A DNA stretch of 64,000 bases from the NCBI GenBank assembly GCA_011682695.1, contig JAACED010000005.1, positions 2,488 to 66,487 on the forward strand. The letters are read 5' to 3'. The notes under the pieces were generated by a model. The model was not told the DNA's origin. It saw only the letters and a list, made by a program, of their open reading frames with translations, and made no database searches. This stretch comes from Gammaproteobacteria bacterium (GTDB lineage Bacteria > Actinomycetota > Acidimicrobiia > Spongiisociales > UBA4744). The first letter of the stretch is position 1. Every line of letters starts with the position of its first letter. Both the position numbers and the translations under genes were made by a program. Positions 38,244-48,177 of this stretch are shown here, piece by piece.

Positions 38244-39301
38244 AACCGGAGCAGGCGAGTTCCGTCCGTGTCGGAGAAGAGTTCGACGTCGATGCCCTGC
38301 AGCGGTGGCTGTCTTCTCGTTTTCCCGAGTTGAGCGGACCGATCGAGGTCTCCCAGTTCCCATCGGGTCACTCGAACCTCACGTACCTGCTCGGCATCGG
38401 AGATCACCAACTGGTCCTGCGCCGCCCCCCGTTCGGAGCACGTGTCAAGTCCGGTCATGACATGAGCCGTGAGTACCGCATCCTCAGCCATCTGCGACCG
38501 GTCTGGCCCAAAGTGCCGGAGCCGATCGCCTTCTGTGAGGACCCTTCGATTCTCGGAGCGCCCTTCTACCTGATGGAGCGAGTGGACGGCATCATCCTTC
38601 GCGGTGGGACTCCACCGCCGGATGCTCCGACGATGCGTCGCATCTGTGAAGCTTTCGTGGAGACGTTGGCGCAGGTCCACGGCATCGATGTCGTCGGCGC
38701 CGGGCTCGAGATGCTCGGCCGTCCCGGCGGCTATGTCGAACGTCAGGTCAACGGCTGGTCTCGCCGTTGGAACGATGCAATGATCGAACCCGTGGCGTCG
38801 ATCGACCAGACGATCACATGGCTCGCGGCGAACCGACCGTCCGAGACGGGTGCCGTACTCATTCACAATGATTTCAAACTCGACAACCTCGTTCTCGACC
38901 CCGACGATCCGAGTCGCGTGCGCGCAGTCCTCGATTGGGAGATGGCAACGCTTGGCGATCCACTCATGGATCTGGGATCCAGTCTCGCCTATTGGGCGGA
39001 GCCGGGCGATCCTCCTGCGTTGAGGAACATAGCGGGAGGACCGACAACGGCACCCGGGAGCAGCACCCGTGTCGAGATTGCAGAACGCTACGCAGGGATC
39101 AGGGGCATCGATATCGAGCAGCTGATGTTCTACTACGTGTTCGGGTTGTTCAAACTGGCCGTGATCGCTCAGCAGATCTACTACCGATACCACCACGGGT
39201 TCACGCACGACGAACGATTCGCCGCGTTCGGAGCGGGAGTGGCCATGCTTGGTGATGTTGCGCAGCAGGCCATTGTCAGCGGGGAGATCTCGCGGAGTTG
39301 A
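38240..39301 (+). CDS. Phosphotransferase family protein (APH/choline-kinase fold)
   Basis: HNDFKLDNLV catalytic loop and DWE motif. The start overlaps the ACAD stop. Confidence 0.8.
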   Translation: MKPEQASSVRVGEEFDVDALQRWLSSRFPELSGPIEVSQFPSGHSNLTYLLGIGDHQLVLRRPPFGARVKSGHDMSREYRILSHLRPVWPKVPEPIAFCEDPSILGAPFYLMERVDGIILRGGTPPPDAPTMRRICEAFVETLAQVHGIDVVGAGLEMLGRPGGYVERQVNGWSRRWNDAMIEPVASIDQTITWLAANRPSETGAVLIHNDFKLDNLVLDPDDPSRVRAVLDWEMATLGDPLMDLGSSLAYWAEPGDPPALRNIAGGPTTAPGSSTRVEIAERYAGIRGIDIEQLMFYYVFGLFKLAVIAQQIYYRYHHGFTHDERFAAFGAGVAMLGDVAQQAIVSGEISRS

Positions 39302-41000
39302 TCAGCGCAAACAGCGCCGGTCGGGGGTTGCATCGGCGGTCGATGAGGCCGTGACGGCGGTAGTAGCCGCGGTCGTGGTCCATGAAGCCGTCGAGGAACA
39401 TCGGAACGTCAGGATGTCGCAGCCTTACAGTCAACGCCTCGGTGGCCAGGCGTGCGATGTATCCGTCGTCGTCGAATACGCCGCTTTCGTCACCGCGGGG
39501 CATCTCGATGCTCATCGATGCTCCGACGCCGATCGTCCGAGCCGTCTGGATGGCCATGGACACGGCTTCCGCGACGGGGTGTCCGGGAGCGGCCCGGTAG
39601 ACGAAATCCTCGAATACATCTGCGGCCCCTGCATCCACGAAGTGGGAAAGGAGATCATCGGCGCGCGGATCGAATCCGTGTGTGACGAAGTGCTGGACAT
39701 CGCCTGATCCGATCGGGACGATGGGGGCGAGGGCCCTGGGAACCGGAGATGGGCCGAGGCTCGAGAGCACGGTTTCGATCTGGTCCGGTTGGACGATGAT
39801 CTCCCAGCGGACGACGGCAGGTGCGCTCTCGTCGATGGCACTTGCGATAGCGACATCGGGTACTCCCGCCGAGAAGACGGTAAAACGCATGCCCAGCCGG
39901 GCGAGATCGTTGATGCGCCGGCGTCGCTCGGCATGCATGATGTCTTCTGCCGGAATGCGAACGTCGGAGATTCTCGACTCCCTGAGGGCAAGCAGGGGGT
40001 AGTCGTTACGAACCATCTTTCGCACGAAGGGATCGAGCCCATCGGTCGGAAAACCGACCGTTGCCATCCAGTCGTGGCGCAGTGTGACTCCGATCGGGCA
40101 GGTCCAGTCCGACGCAGCCGACGTTTTGGCCGGCACAGGAAGGGAAGCGCTGCCGGTGTTTCCGTACGTGCGGACCGGCCGAACGGCATGCCCATCGGAG
40201 GTGACCTCGACGATGAAGAATCCCAGTTTCGCGCGGTCGTCGCGTCCCGCTTCTGCTTCAGGCGGGATCGCCGCCAGCTCCGAGTAGTCCGGTCTCACGA
40301 AACCCGTCGATGGGAGAGTGTAGAAGTCACAATGGTGACGGTTGTACAGGAAGTTGTGCACGTGGCCGGAGAACCAGGCTTCGACGGAGTGGCGTTCGAT
40401 CAGATCGATGAGCCAGGATCTGGCCGGCTCTGCAAGGTTGTCGTAGTTCTCGGCCTCGTTTGGGTCGCGGATGAACGGCGGATAGTGGCTGAACAGGAAG
40501 ATGCGCCGTCCCGCCGCTGCGGTGAGATCGTTCTCCAGCCATCGGCGTTGCCGATGTTCTCTCTCGAGTCCCGAGTTGAGGATCGGAGTGTCGATGAGCA
40601 CGAAGTGACAGCCACCGTGGTCGAACGACCCGTAGGCAGGCCCCCAGTACCGTTCGAAGACTTCGTAGGCGGTGTCGCGTACCTGGGGGACCGCGACGTG
40701 TGGATTCGGCTTGTCACCGACGTCGTGGTTCCCGGGCAGATGACGCACGGGAACCTCGATGCCTCGGTAGAGGTCGGCGGCGAGGCGTACGGCGGCTTCG
40801 TGTCCGGCTTCGACCGGAAGGGGATGGACGATGTCTCCCAGGTGAATGACGAACGAAGGTTTCAGCCGATTGATCAGATCGACTACGAACCGGTTGCGTT
40901 CCAGCATGGCACCGTCAGAGGGGTACCCGCCGGAGTCCTCTCGGCGGATGTGGGAGTCGGCGATGACGGCAAACCGAAATGTCGACGGGGGAGCGCTCAA
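39276..41000 (-). CDS. Calcineurin-like metallophosphoesterase with large C-terminal extension
   Basis: VIADSH...HLGDIVH...GNHD...SHYPP...GHVH motif series. Confidence 0.75.
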   Translation of the reverse strand: MSAPPSTFRFAVIADSHIRREDSGGYPSDGAMLERNRFVVDLINRLKPSFVIHLGDIVHPLPVEAGHEAAVRLAADLYRGIEVPVRHLPGNHDVGDKPNPHVAVPQVRDTAYEVFERYWGPAYGSFDHGGCHFVLIDTPILNSGLEREHRQRRWLENDLTAAAGRRIFLFSHYPPFIRDPNEAENYDNLAEPARSWLIDLIERHSVEAWFSGHVHNFLYNRHHCDFYTLPSTGFVRPDYSELAAIPPEAEAGRDDRAKLGFFIVEVTSDGHAVRPVRTYGNTGSASLPVPAKTSAASDWTCPIGVTLRHDWMATVGFPTDGLDPFVRKMVRNDYPLLALRESRISDVRIPAEDIMHAERRRRINDLARLGMRFTVFSAGVPDVAIASAIDESAPAVVRWEIIVQPDQIETVLSSLGPSPVPRALAPIVPIGSGDVQHFVTHGFDPRADDLLSHFVDAGAADVFEDFVYRAAPGHPVAEAVSMAIQTARTIGVGASMSIEMPRGDESGVFDDDGYIARLATEALTVRLRHPDVPMFLDGFMDHDRGYYRRHGLIDRRCNPRPALFALINSARSPR

Positions 41001-41530
41001 CGCGAGCTCTCATCCCTCACGTTCGGTCCCTCGTATCGCGCCACTCGACCTCCAGAGCGCGCCACGAGAAGCAACGGGCATGTCCATGGATGGGAGTCCA
41101 TGGAGTCCACAGCACGAACCAACGCCTCACGTGAGATGATCTCGGGTCCCTTCACTGCGATCAGGGTGGATCGGTCGACGCCGTGGAGGACCTGATTTCC
41201 GTGCACTCTCTTGATCGCCTCGGTGGCAGCCACGTAGCCTGCGAGTGCGTCGATATCCTGAGATGCGAACTGTTCGAGCATGTCATCGATTCTCTCGATC
41301 GTCGCATTGTCCGGGAACGGTCCATCCACGAACACCAGCGTGTCGATATCGGGCGACAGCTGGGCCAGGCGTTGTAGGAGGGTGGGCGCATGCACTTGAA
41401 GTGTGGGGCCTGCGAAGCGACCGCCCATGACAGCGAAGACCATGACGTGTCCTTCGTCCGCCCACAGTCCGAGTTGGCGGGAATCGAAGGGGCGTAACAT
41501 GTGTGGGCTTGTGACAGGTGGGAATCGCAT
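40997..41530 (-). CDS. Hypothetical protein (177 aa)
   Basis: Internal ATG of the track ORF 40997..42121. The upstream part is antisense to the IspD-like gene. Overlaps the phosphoesterase start by 4 nt. Confidence 0.4.
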   Translation of the reverse strand: MRFPPVTSPHMLRPFDSRQLGLWADEGHVMVFAVMGGRFAGPTLQVHAPTLLQRLAQLSPDIDTLVFVDGPFPDNATIERIDDMLEQFASQDIDALAGYVAATEAIKRVHGNQVLHGVDRSTLIAVKGPEIISREALVRAVDSMDSHPWTCPLLLVARSGGRVARYEGPNVRDESSR

Positions 41531-41593
41531 GGAGCCAACTAGTGTAGAGCGTGTTCCATCGGATGCCTCTTTGCTAGTGCCGGGTGAACGCGA

Positions 41594-42319
41594 ATGATGA
41601 CTGCCGCCATTCTCCTCGCCGGAGGGTCCGGTTCCAGGGCAAGGATCGACGTCAACAAGGTGTACCTCCCCATCCGAGGACGTCCAATGTTGGCCTATTC
41701 GCTCGACACGATGGGCAACTCCGAAGCAGTGGACATGATTGTGCTCGTGATCCGCGACGTAGATCGTGAGCAGGCAGAGCTGCTCGTGCAACAGAACGAG
41801 ACGGGAACGCCGACCAGGATTGTCGAAGGGGGTCGGACTCGCCAGGCGAGCGAATACGAGGGCCTGAAGGCTCTGACGGCTCGGATCGAATCCGGTGAGA
41901 TCGATTGCGTCGTCATTCATGACGGGGCGAGGCCCTTCATGTCCACCAAGCTCCTCGAACTCGTCATCGAACGCGCACGTAGCGATGGAGGAGCGATTCC
42001 CGGCTACGTTCCCGAGGAGCCTCTCTACGAGACGAAGGATGGGCTCATCGTGTCCCTCGCCGGCGAAGATCTTCGGAAGGTACAAACGCCCCAGGGTTTC
42101 CACGCGTTGCCGCTCCTTCACGCTTATCGACGTGCAGCGAGAGCTGGATTCGAGGGTGTTGACACCGCTGAGACCGTCGAGCGTTTCAGCGATCTCCCCA
42201 TTCGTTTCGTTCCGGGAGATCCCCGGAACATCAAGGTCACGTTCGTCGAGGACATCTTTGTCGCCGAGGATCTCGCGTACGACTGGCGTGACGGAAGCTG
42301 GGACGCCGACGGCGTGTGA
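41594..42319 (+). CDS. ispD: IspD-family cytidylyltransferase (2-C-methyl-D-erythritol 4-phosphate cytidylyltransferase-like)
   Basis: AAILLAGGSGSR...K and IHDGARPF motifs. Confidence 0.7.
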   Translation: MMTAAILLAGGSGSRARIDVNKVYLPIRGRPMLAYSLDTMGNSEAVDMIVLVIRDVDREQAELLVQQNETGTPTRIVEGGRTRQASEYEGLKALTARIESGEIDCVVIHDGARPFMSTKLLELVIERARSDGGAIPGYVPEEPLYETKDGLIVSLAGEDLRKVQTPQGFHALPLLHAYRRAARAGFEGVDTAETVERFSDLPIRFVPGDPRNIKVTFVEDIFVAEDLAYDWRDGSWDADGV

Positions 42320-42320
42320 G

Positions 42321-42348
42321 CAATTGTGATACTATGTCACAATTGTGA
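42321..42348. promoter_or_regulatory. AT-rich operator candidate: CAATTGTGA-N7-TCACAATTG(TGA) inverted repeat overlapping the GTG start of the SorC regulator
   Basis: 9-bp perfect inverted arms. Contains the 12-bp perfect palindrome TCACAATTGTGA. Stands out in a 68% GC background. Confidence 0.5.
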
Positions 42349-43289
42349 TTCCCGAGTCGGTAAACCGCCGTCGTCGTCTCGCAGAGGCTGCAGAGCGCTA
42401 CTACATCGATGGCTGGTCGCAGGATCGTATCGCCCACCACTTGGGTACCAGCCGATCCAACGTGTCTCGTCTGCTCGAAGCTGCACGTCGGGAGGGCGTG
42501 ATCCGGTTTGTGATCGATCATCCGCTGCGGCGCCATCGATCACTGGAGCAGGAGCTCGTTCAGCGTTTCGGGATACGCGAGGCAATAGTGCTGGTTGCGG
42601 GCGGTGACACGCTTGCTTCGGTTGGGCGTCTTGCTGCCGAGTGGCTCGTGGATCATGTTGCCGATGGCGATCGCATCGCCATCGGGTGGGGGCGCAGCGT
42701 CGAGGCAACCGTCGCCAACGTTGCGGTCGAGCAGCCGCGCGACGTCGAGGTCGTGCAAGTCGGAGGCGATCTGACCATGGCGCCGGCTTCGTCGGGCCAC
42801 GAACTCGTTCGGATGCTGGCCGAGGCGCTGGGCGGTCGCCACCGTTTCCTGCACGCGCCTGCCCTCGTCGAGGATGAGACGGTCGCCGACGAGCTCCTTT
42901 CCGACCCCAGGATACGAATAGAACTCCAGCTCGCTCGTTCGGCCGATATCGCGTTGGTCGGCATAGGCATACCTGGAGAGGGCTTCGCGGAACGAGCCAT
43001 CGCCGACAGCTATCAGGGATTGATGAAACCGGAAGCGGTGGTCTGTGCTCGCCTCATCGACCAGGACGGGGAAGAACTCCAGGGGCCGCTCAGCCGTCGG
43101 GTGATCGCATTGACTCTCGACCAACTACAAGCGATTCCCTGTGTCGTCGGTGTCGCTGCCGGGGTGGCAAAGGGCCAAGCGATAGCAGCGTCCCTGGCCG
43201 GTGGACTTCTCGACGTCCTGGTATGTGATCAACCGGCAGCGGCGGCGGCACTCCACGACGACGCGGCCCGCAGTCATGTGAGGGAATGA
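42345..43289 (+). CDS. SorC/DeoR-type sugar-binding transcriptional regulator
   Basis: N-terminal HTH (DRIAHHLGTSRSNVSRLL) plus SorC sugar-binding domain. Confidence 0.8.
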   Translation: MIPESVNRRRRLAEAAERYYIDGWSQDRIAHHLGTSRSNVSRLLEAARREGVIRFVIDHPLRRHRSLEQELVQRFGIREAIVLVAGGDTLASVGRLAAEWLVDHVADGDRIAIGWGRSVEATVANVAVEQPRDVEVVQVGGDLTMAPASSGHELVRMLAEALGGRHRFLHAPALVEDETVADELLSDPRIRIELQLARSADIALVGIGIPGEGFAERAIADSYQGLMKPEAVVCARLIDQDGEELQGPLSRRVIALTLDQLQAIPCVVGVAAGVAKGQAIAASLAGGLLDVLVCDQPAAAAALHDDAARSHVRE

Positions 43290-44266
43290 GTATGGCAAGA
43301 AAGGATCCAACCGATTCTGCGCAGGCGGCCGATGTTCTCAAGGGCATGTGGTCGATACGAGTCTTTGAAGAAGCCGTCGAAGAGCTGTTCTCGAGAGGGC
43401 TCCTGCACGGCACGATGCATCTCACGATCGGCCAAGAGGCCGTGGCGGAAGGGGTCTGTGACGCTCTCGACGAGGGAGACTTCATCACTTCGACACACCG
43501 AGGCCACGGCCACGCCCTCGCCCACGGAGCGGACCCCGAGCGAATGCTGGCCGAACTCCTGATGAAGGATACGGGATACTGTCGAGGCCGAGGCGGCTCG
43601 ATGCACATCGCGGATGTAGACAGCGGGAACCTCGGCGCCAACGGAATTGTCGCCGGATCGATGACCATTGCCACCGGTGCGGCTCTCTCGCAGCGATTAC
43701 AGGAGACCGGCAAGGTTGTCGTCTGTTTTTTCGGTGACGGTGCTGCAAACGAAGGTGCGTTCCACGAGGCGCTCAATCTCGCCTCGATCTGGTCCCTTCC
43801 ACTCGTTTTCGCCTGCGAGAACAACCAGTACGGAATGTCCATGGCCCAGGAGAAGTCAACGGCCGGAGGGTCGGTGGCGAATCGAGCGTCTGCATACGGC
43901 ATGCCTGGTGTCCAGGTGAATGGCAACGACGTGGTCGAGGTGTTCGAGAATGCAAGAGAAGCGGTGGAACACGCCCGTTCGGGCGAGGGCCCGAGCCTGC
44001 TGGAATTCGTCACCTACCGGTACAGGGGCCATTCGAAGTCGGATCGTAACCTCTACAGAACACAGCAGGAAATCGACCAATGGCGCAGTACGAAAGATCC
44101 GCTCATGCTCTACGAGCAGCGTCTGCGCTCACTTGGTTGGCTTGATGACGAGGAAATCGCAGCTGCGCAGCTGGCGGCTCGTGAGCGAATACGAGAGGCG
44201 GTAGTGGCTGCATACAAAGCACCTCCTGCGCTCGTAGACGACTTGGAGGGAGCCGCGTATGCCTGA
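43286..44266 (+). CDS. acoA: ThDP-dependent 2-oxoacid (acetoin/pyruvate) dehydrogenase E1 alpha subunit
   Basis: GQEA...THRGHGH, GDGAANEG ThDP motif. Confidence 0.85.
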   Translation: MSMARKDPTDSAQAADVLKGMWSIRVFEEAVEELFSRGLLHGTMHLTIGQEAVAEGVCDALDEGDFITSTHRGHGHALAHGADPERMLAELLMKDTGYCRGRGGSMHIADVDSGNLGANGIVAGSMTIATGAALSQRLQETGKVVVCFFGDGAANEGAFHEALNLASIWSLPLVFACENNQYGMSMAQEKSTAGGSVANRASAYGMPGVQVNGNDVVEVFENAREAVEHARSGEGPSLLEFVTYRYRGHSKSDRNLYRTQQEIDQWRSTKDPLMLYEQRLRSLGWLDDEEIAAAQLAARERIREAVVAAYKAPPALVDDLEGAAYA

Positions 44267-45254
44267 GACGAGCTCATACGCGAGAGCTGTCGGAGCCGCA
44301 CTCCGATTGCTGCTGACCGAGGACCCCCGTGTGTTCCTCGCCGGGGAAGACATCGGCGTGTACGGCGGGGCCTTTGGCATCACCGACGGACTTGTCCAGG
44401 AGTTTGGAGAGGACAGAGTCCGGGATACGCCGATATCTGAGGAGGCCATCATCGGGCTCGCGGTGGGCGCCGCCATTACGGGACTGAGACCGGTCGTGGA
44501 GATTCAGTTCTTCGATTTCATCGTGAACGCGATGGACCCCCTTGTGAATCAGGCGGCGAAGCTCCACTTCATGTATGGGGGACATGTCGACGTCCCGATG
44601 GTCGTGCGAACAGCCGGAGGTGGGGGTACCGGGGCCGCGGCTCAACACAGCCAAAGCCTCGAGGCTTGGTTTGCGCATGTCCCGGGACTGAAGGTCGTGC
44701 TGCCCGCCACTCCTCAAGACGCGTATGACCTGCTGTTGGCGTCGGTGTTGGATCCCAATCCGGTGGTGTTCGTCGAACACAAGCTGCTGTACAAGACCGA
44801 AGGTCCTTTCGAGTCGAGAGCCCACATTGCCGAGACGCCCGCGCGAATCGGTGAAGCCAAGGTCATCCGTCCCGGCACCGATCTGACGATCGCCGCATAC
44901 TCGATCATGACGGTCAAGGCGTTGGAGGCAGCGGAGAGACTTGCCGACGCCGGCATCGACGCGGAAGTCGTCGACCTGCGAACGGTGCGGCCACTCGACA
45001 TCAAAACCGTCCGTGGGTCGGTGAAGAAGACGGGGAGACTCCTCGTCAGTCACGAGGCGCCGACCGCCGTGGGTGTCGGCGCAGAAGTCGTTGCAGGGGT
45101 GGTCGAATCCGACGCGCTCGACTACCTCCTTGCTCCGGTACGGCGTGTGTGTGGGAAAGACAACCCGATGCCGTATGCCAAGGAACTGGAACGAGCGACG
45201 ATTCCTCAGGTCGATGACATCGAGAAGGCGGCCAAGGAGCTGATGAACGCATGA
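44259..45254 (+). CDS. acoB: 2-oxoacid dehydrogenase E1 beta subunit (transketolase-like)
   Basis: Typical E1beta pyrimidine and C-terminal domains. Confidence 0.85.
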   Translation: MPETSSYARAVGAALRLLLTEDPRVFLAGEDIGVYGGAFGITDGLVQEFGEDRVRDTPISEEAIIGLAVGAAITGLRPVVEIQFFDFIVNAMDPLVNQAAKLHFMYGGHVDVPMVVRTAGGGGTGAAAQHSQSLEAWFAHVPGLKVVLPATPQDAYDLLLASVLDPNPVVFVEHKLLYKTEGPFESRAHIAETPARIGEAKVIRPGTDLTIAAYSIMTVKALEAAERLADAGIDAEVVDLRTVRPLDIKTVRGSVKKTGRLLVSHEAPTAVGVGAEVVAGVVESDALDYLLAPVRRVCGKDNPMPYAKELERATIPQVDDIEKAAKELMNA

Positions 45255-46423
45255 GCGGCGAGAACATCCTCGAGATTCGCCTGCCTGCCATGACCGCAAC
45301 CATGGAACAGGCAACCATCCTTCAGTGGTTGGTCGCCCCCGGTGATCACGTGTCGGAAGGTCGACCGATTGCCGACGTATCGACGGACAAGGTGGATATG
45401 GAGCTGGTGTCTCCGTATGAAGGGACGGTGGTCGAGTTGCTGGTGGAACCCGGCACGGTCGTTCCGCTGGGCGCAACCATTGCCACCATTGCATCCGCGA
45501 CCGGTGATCTGCTCGCCGGATTGGATCTGACCGAGTACGAGCCGTCACCGCCTGCGTCCCCAGAGACTTCTTACGGCATCGTGCCGGCATCGCCACCGGC
45601 GCGACTGCTCGCCCGGCAACTCGGTGTCGATTTGTCCGAGGTCGAGCCCACGGGGGCACGTGGCCAAGTGACCTCGGTCGACGTGAAGGCGTTCGCTCGG
45701 CGAGGTGAGGCCCATCCTGGCGAACGTGCCGACCGTGTCCCTGAGCAAACATCTGCACCATCCCAGAGCTCGCCGATGCCGGTCGATACCGCGAGGGAGC
45801 TCTCGGTGCGCCGGGCCACTGCCGAGATCATGAGCAGGTCCGCGGCAATCCCTCAATTCACGCTGTATCGCACGATCGTTCTCGATCGCACTGCAGCGCG
45901 CAAAGGAGATCACAGTTGGACGACCGAACTCGTGAGGGCACTCGCTGCCGCATTGCGAGAGCATCCCGAGGTGAACAGCCGATGGGATGATCAGCAGCGC
46001 CAACCTGTGCCGTGTGAGGCGGTGCGAGTGGGAGTGGCGATCGACCGGCCGCACGTGGGACTGATCGTTGCTGCGATATCTGATCCTGACACTGTCGATC
46101 CGGACGAGGCCGATCGCATCGTGCGTTCGACCCTCGATCGCGTCCGGGGCGGTTCGCCCAGCCGAGAAGACATGGCGCAGCCTTCGATCACCCTCTCGAA
46201 CCTCGGTGGTCTCGGGATCGACTCGTTCGCCGCTCTGGTCTTCCCACCCCAATCTGCGATCCTGTCGGTGGGGAGCATTCGGATGCGGCCGGTGGCAACG
46301 ACGGACGGTGCGGTGAAAGCAGCGCTCACGTGCGAAGTCGGACTCACGATCGACCATAGGGTCGCCGATGGAGCCGATGGCGCAAGGTTCCTCGCAACGT
46401 TCGCTCGGTATCTCGAGGGTTGA
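45251..46423 (+). CDS. acoC: Dihydrolipoamide acyltransferase E2 (lipoyl domain plus catalytic domain)
   Basis: N-terminal lipoyl domain (DVSTDKVDME) and C-terminal DHRVADGA catalytic motif. Confidence 0.8.
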   Translation: MSGENILEIRLPAMTATMEQATILQWLVAPGDHVSEGRPIADVSTDKVDMELVSPYEGTVVELLVEPGTVVPLGATIATIASATGDLLAGLDLTEYEPSPPASPETSYGIVPASPPARLLARQLGVDLSEVEPTGARGQVTSVDVKAFARRGEAHPGERADRVPEQTSAPSQSSPMPVDTARELSVRRATAEIMSRSAAIPQFTLYRTIVLDRTAARKGDHSWTTELVRALAAALREHPEVNSRWDDQQRQPVPCEAVRVGVAIDRPHVGLIVAAISDPDTVDPDEADRIVRSTLDRVRGGSPSREDMAQPSITLSNLGGLGIDSFAALVFPPQSAILSVGSIRMRPVATTDGAVKAALTCEVGLTIDHRVADGADGARFLATFARYLEG

Positions 46424-46464
46424 TCCTGCCCGCAAACGTGCAGGCCTTCGTGCCGGTCATCCGG

Positions 46465-48177
46465 TCAGGATGGAACGGCTCTCATCAGGATGTCTCTCAC
46501 TTCAGCGGTCGAGGACGCCTGCAGGCAGCGGTCGGCAACTGTCCTGGCGGCATCCGTGGACCATGACCGGATACGGTCTTTCACCACACTGATCGACGGT
46601 GGGTTCATGGACCATTCGTCGAGGCCAAGCCCCAGCAGTATGGGAACCGCCACGGGATCTCCGGCCATTTCTCCACACAGTCCAACCCATTTCCCGTGCG
46701 CGTGGGCAGCTTCGATGACCATCTGGATCAGGCGCAGAACTGCTGGATGGAGGGGGTCGGCGATTGTCGCGACCGCTGCATTGGTTCGATCGACCGCCAA
46801 CGTGTATTGCGTGAGATCATTGGTGCCGATCGAGAAGAAATCGAGCCGGGAGGCAAGTGCACCAGCGATCAGTGCCGCCGAGGGCACTTCGATCATGATC
46901 CCGATTTCGAAGGAAGCAGCCCGTTCTATGCCGCGGCTGTCGAGCGCGGCCGCTGCTGCGCCGACTGCCGCTCGTGCGGCCTCGACTTCGGCCAAGGTGG
47001 CCACCATCGGGAACATGATCTTCAGATTGCCATGGACCCCGGCACGCAGCAGGGCTCGGAGTTGCTTCTGGAAGAGATCGCGTTCCGCCAAGGTCAGGCG
47101 GATTCCCCGCTTGCCGAGAAACGGGTTCAGCTCGTTCTCGAGATTGATGCCGGGCACCTGCTTGTCGCCGCCCACGTCGAGAGTTCTCACTACCACCGGG
47201 CGGTCGCCGAACAGTTCAAGAATCGACCGATAGGCCTCGTACTGCTCATCTTCCGTGGGGAGAGTTCCCCGATCGATGAACAGGAACTCGGTCCGAAGCA
47301 ATCCCACACCCTCGGCTCCCGACCGATCGGCGCGCTCGGCATCTGCGACGCTGCCGATGTTCGCCACCACTTCCTGGCGATGTCCGTCCACGGTGACCGC
47401 CGGCTCTGAGGCGCGTGCGGCAGCAACCGTGAGGAGTCGGGCCTGTCGTTCATACTGCTCACGCAGAGCGGCGAGCTGTTCTGTGTCGGGGTCGATGTAG
47501 AGAAGACCGGCATCACCATCCACCGCGACTGTTGTCCCGGTGGCAACGTCGAGGTTCGTGATTCCGACGATCGCCGGGATTCCCATCGACCGAGCCAGGA
47601 TCGCCGCATGGGAGGTGGCGCTGCCTTCTTTGGTGCAGAAAGCCAACGCCATTCCCTCAGGAAGTGACATCGTATCCGACGGTGTCAGATCGTCGGCGAT
47701 GACGACCGACGGCACGGTGATTTCCGACAATCCTTCGGAACCCAGTCCCATCAGTTCGCGCACGAGTTGTTGTCCGATGTCTCGCACGTCGATTGCTCGC
47801 TCGGCGAAGTAGTCGTCTCCGATGGATGCGAATTCATCAGCAAGTGCGGACGTGACCGCGACCACGGCAGCCTCGGCCGTGGTCGCCTCGGCGGCGATCA
47901 GGTCGGCGGCTTTCGCGGAGAGTGCCGGGTCGGCCAAGAACATTCGATGCACCTCGAATATCTCGGCGGCAGCATCTCCGGCGTGGTCGGCGGCGATCGC
48001 AACGAGCTCACTGAGGCGACGATCGACGGCTGCGATTGCGGCCAGCAGGCGCTCCTGCTCTCCAGGGATGTCATCGACGGGACCCTTGGGAATCTCGGGC
48101 GTCTCGGGTCGATAGACGAACGCTGGTCCGATGGCGATACCGCCGGCCGCCGGGATGCCGTGCATGATGCGGTTCAT
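46465..48177 (-). CDS. ptsI: Phosphoenolpyruvate-protein phosphotransferase (PTS Enzyme I)
   Basis: 570 aa; GGRTSHAAILARSMGIPAIVG-like and PEP-utilising TIM-barrel motifs. Confidence 0.9.
   Translation of the reverse strand: MNRIMHGIPAAGGIAIGPAFVYRPETPEIPKGPVDDIPGEQERLLAAIAAVDRRLSELVAIAADHAGDAAAEIFEVHRMFLADPALSAKAADLIAAEATTAEAAVVAVTSALADEFASIGDDYFAERAIDVRDIGQQLVRELMGLGSEGLSEITVPSVVIADDLTPSDTMSLPEGMALAFCTKEGSATSHAAILARSMGIPAIVGITNLDVATGTTVAVDGDAGLLYIDPDTEQLAALREQYERQARLLTVAAARASEPAVTVDGHRQEVVANIGSVADAERADRSGAEGVGLLRTEFLFIDRGTLPTEDEQYEAYRSILELFGDRPVVVRTLDVGGDKQVPGINLENELNPFLGKRGIRLTLAERDLFQKQLRALLRAGVHGNLKIMFPMVATLAEVEAARAAVGAAAAALDSRGIERAASFEIGIMIEVPSAALIAGALASRLDFFSIGTNDLTQYTLAVDRTNAAVATIADPLHPAVLRLIQMVIEAAHAHGKWVGLCGEMAGDPVAVPILLGLGLDEWSMNPPSISVVKDRIRSWSTDAARTVADRCLQASSTAEVRDILMRAVPS

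Noticed and set aside
40997-42121. Full 374-aa minus ORF
   Set aside because: Its 5' two-thirds are antisense to the IspD-like gene, which has clear motifs. Only the 3' 177 codons were kept as a possible gene.
42321-42348. Interpreting TGTGA-N7-TCACA as a bona fide CRP/GlxR site
   Set aside because: The spacer is 7 rather than the canonical 6 nt. It is retained only as a generic operator candidate.
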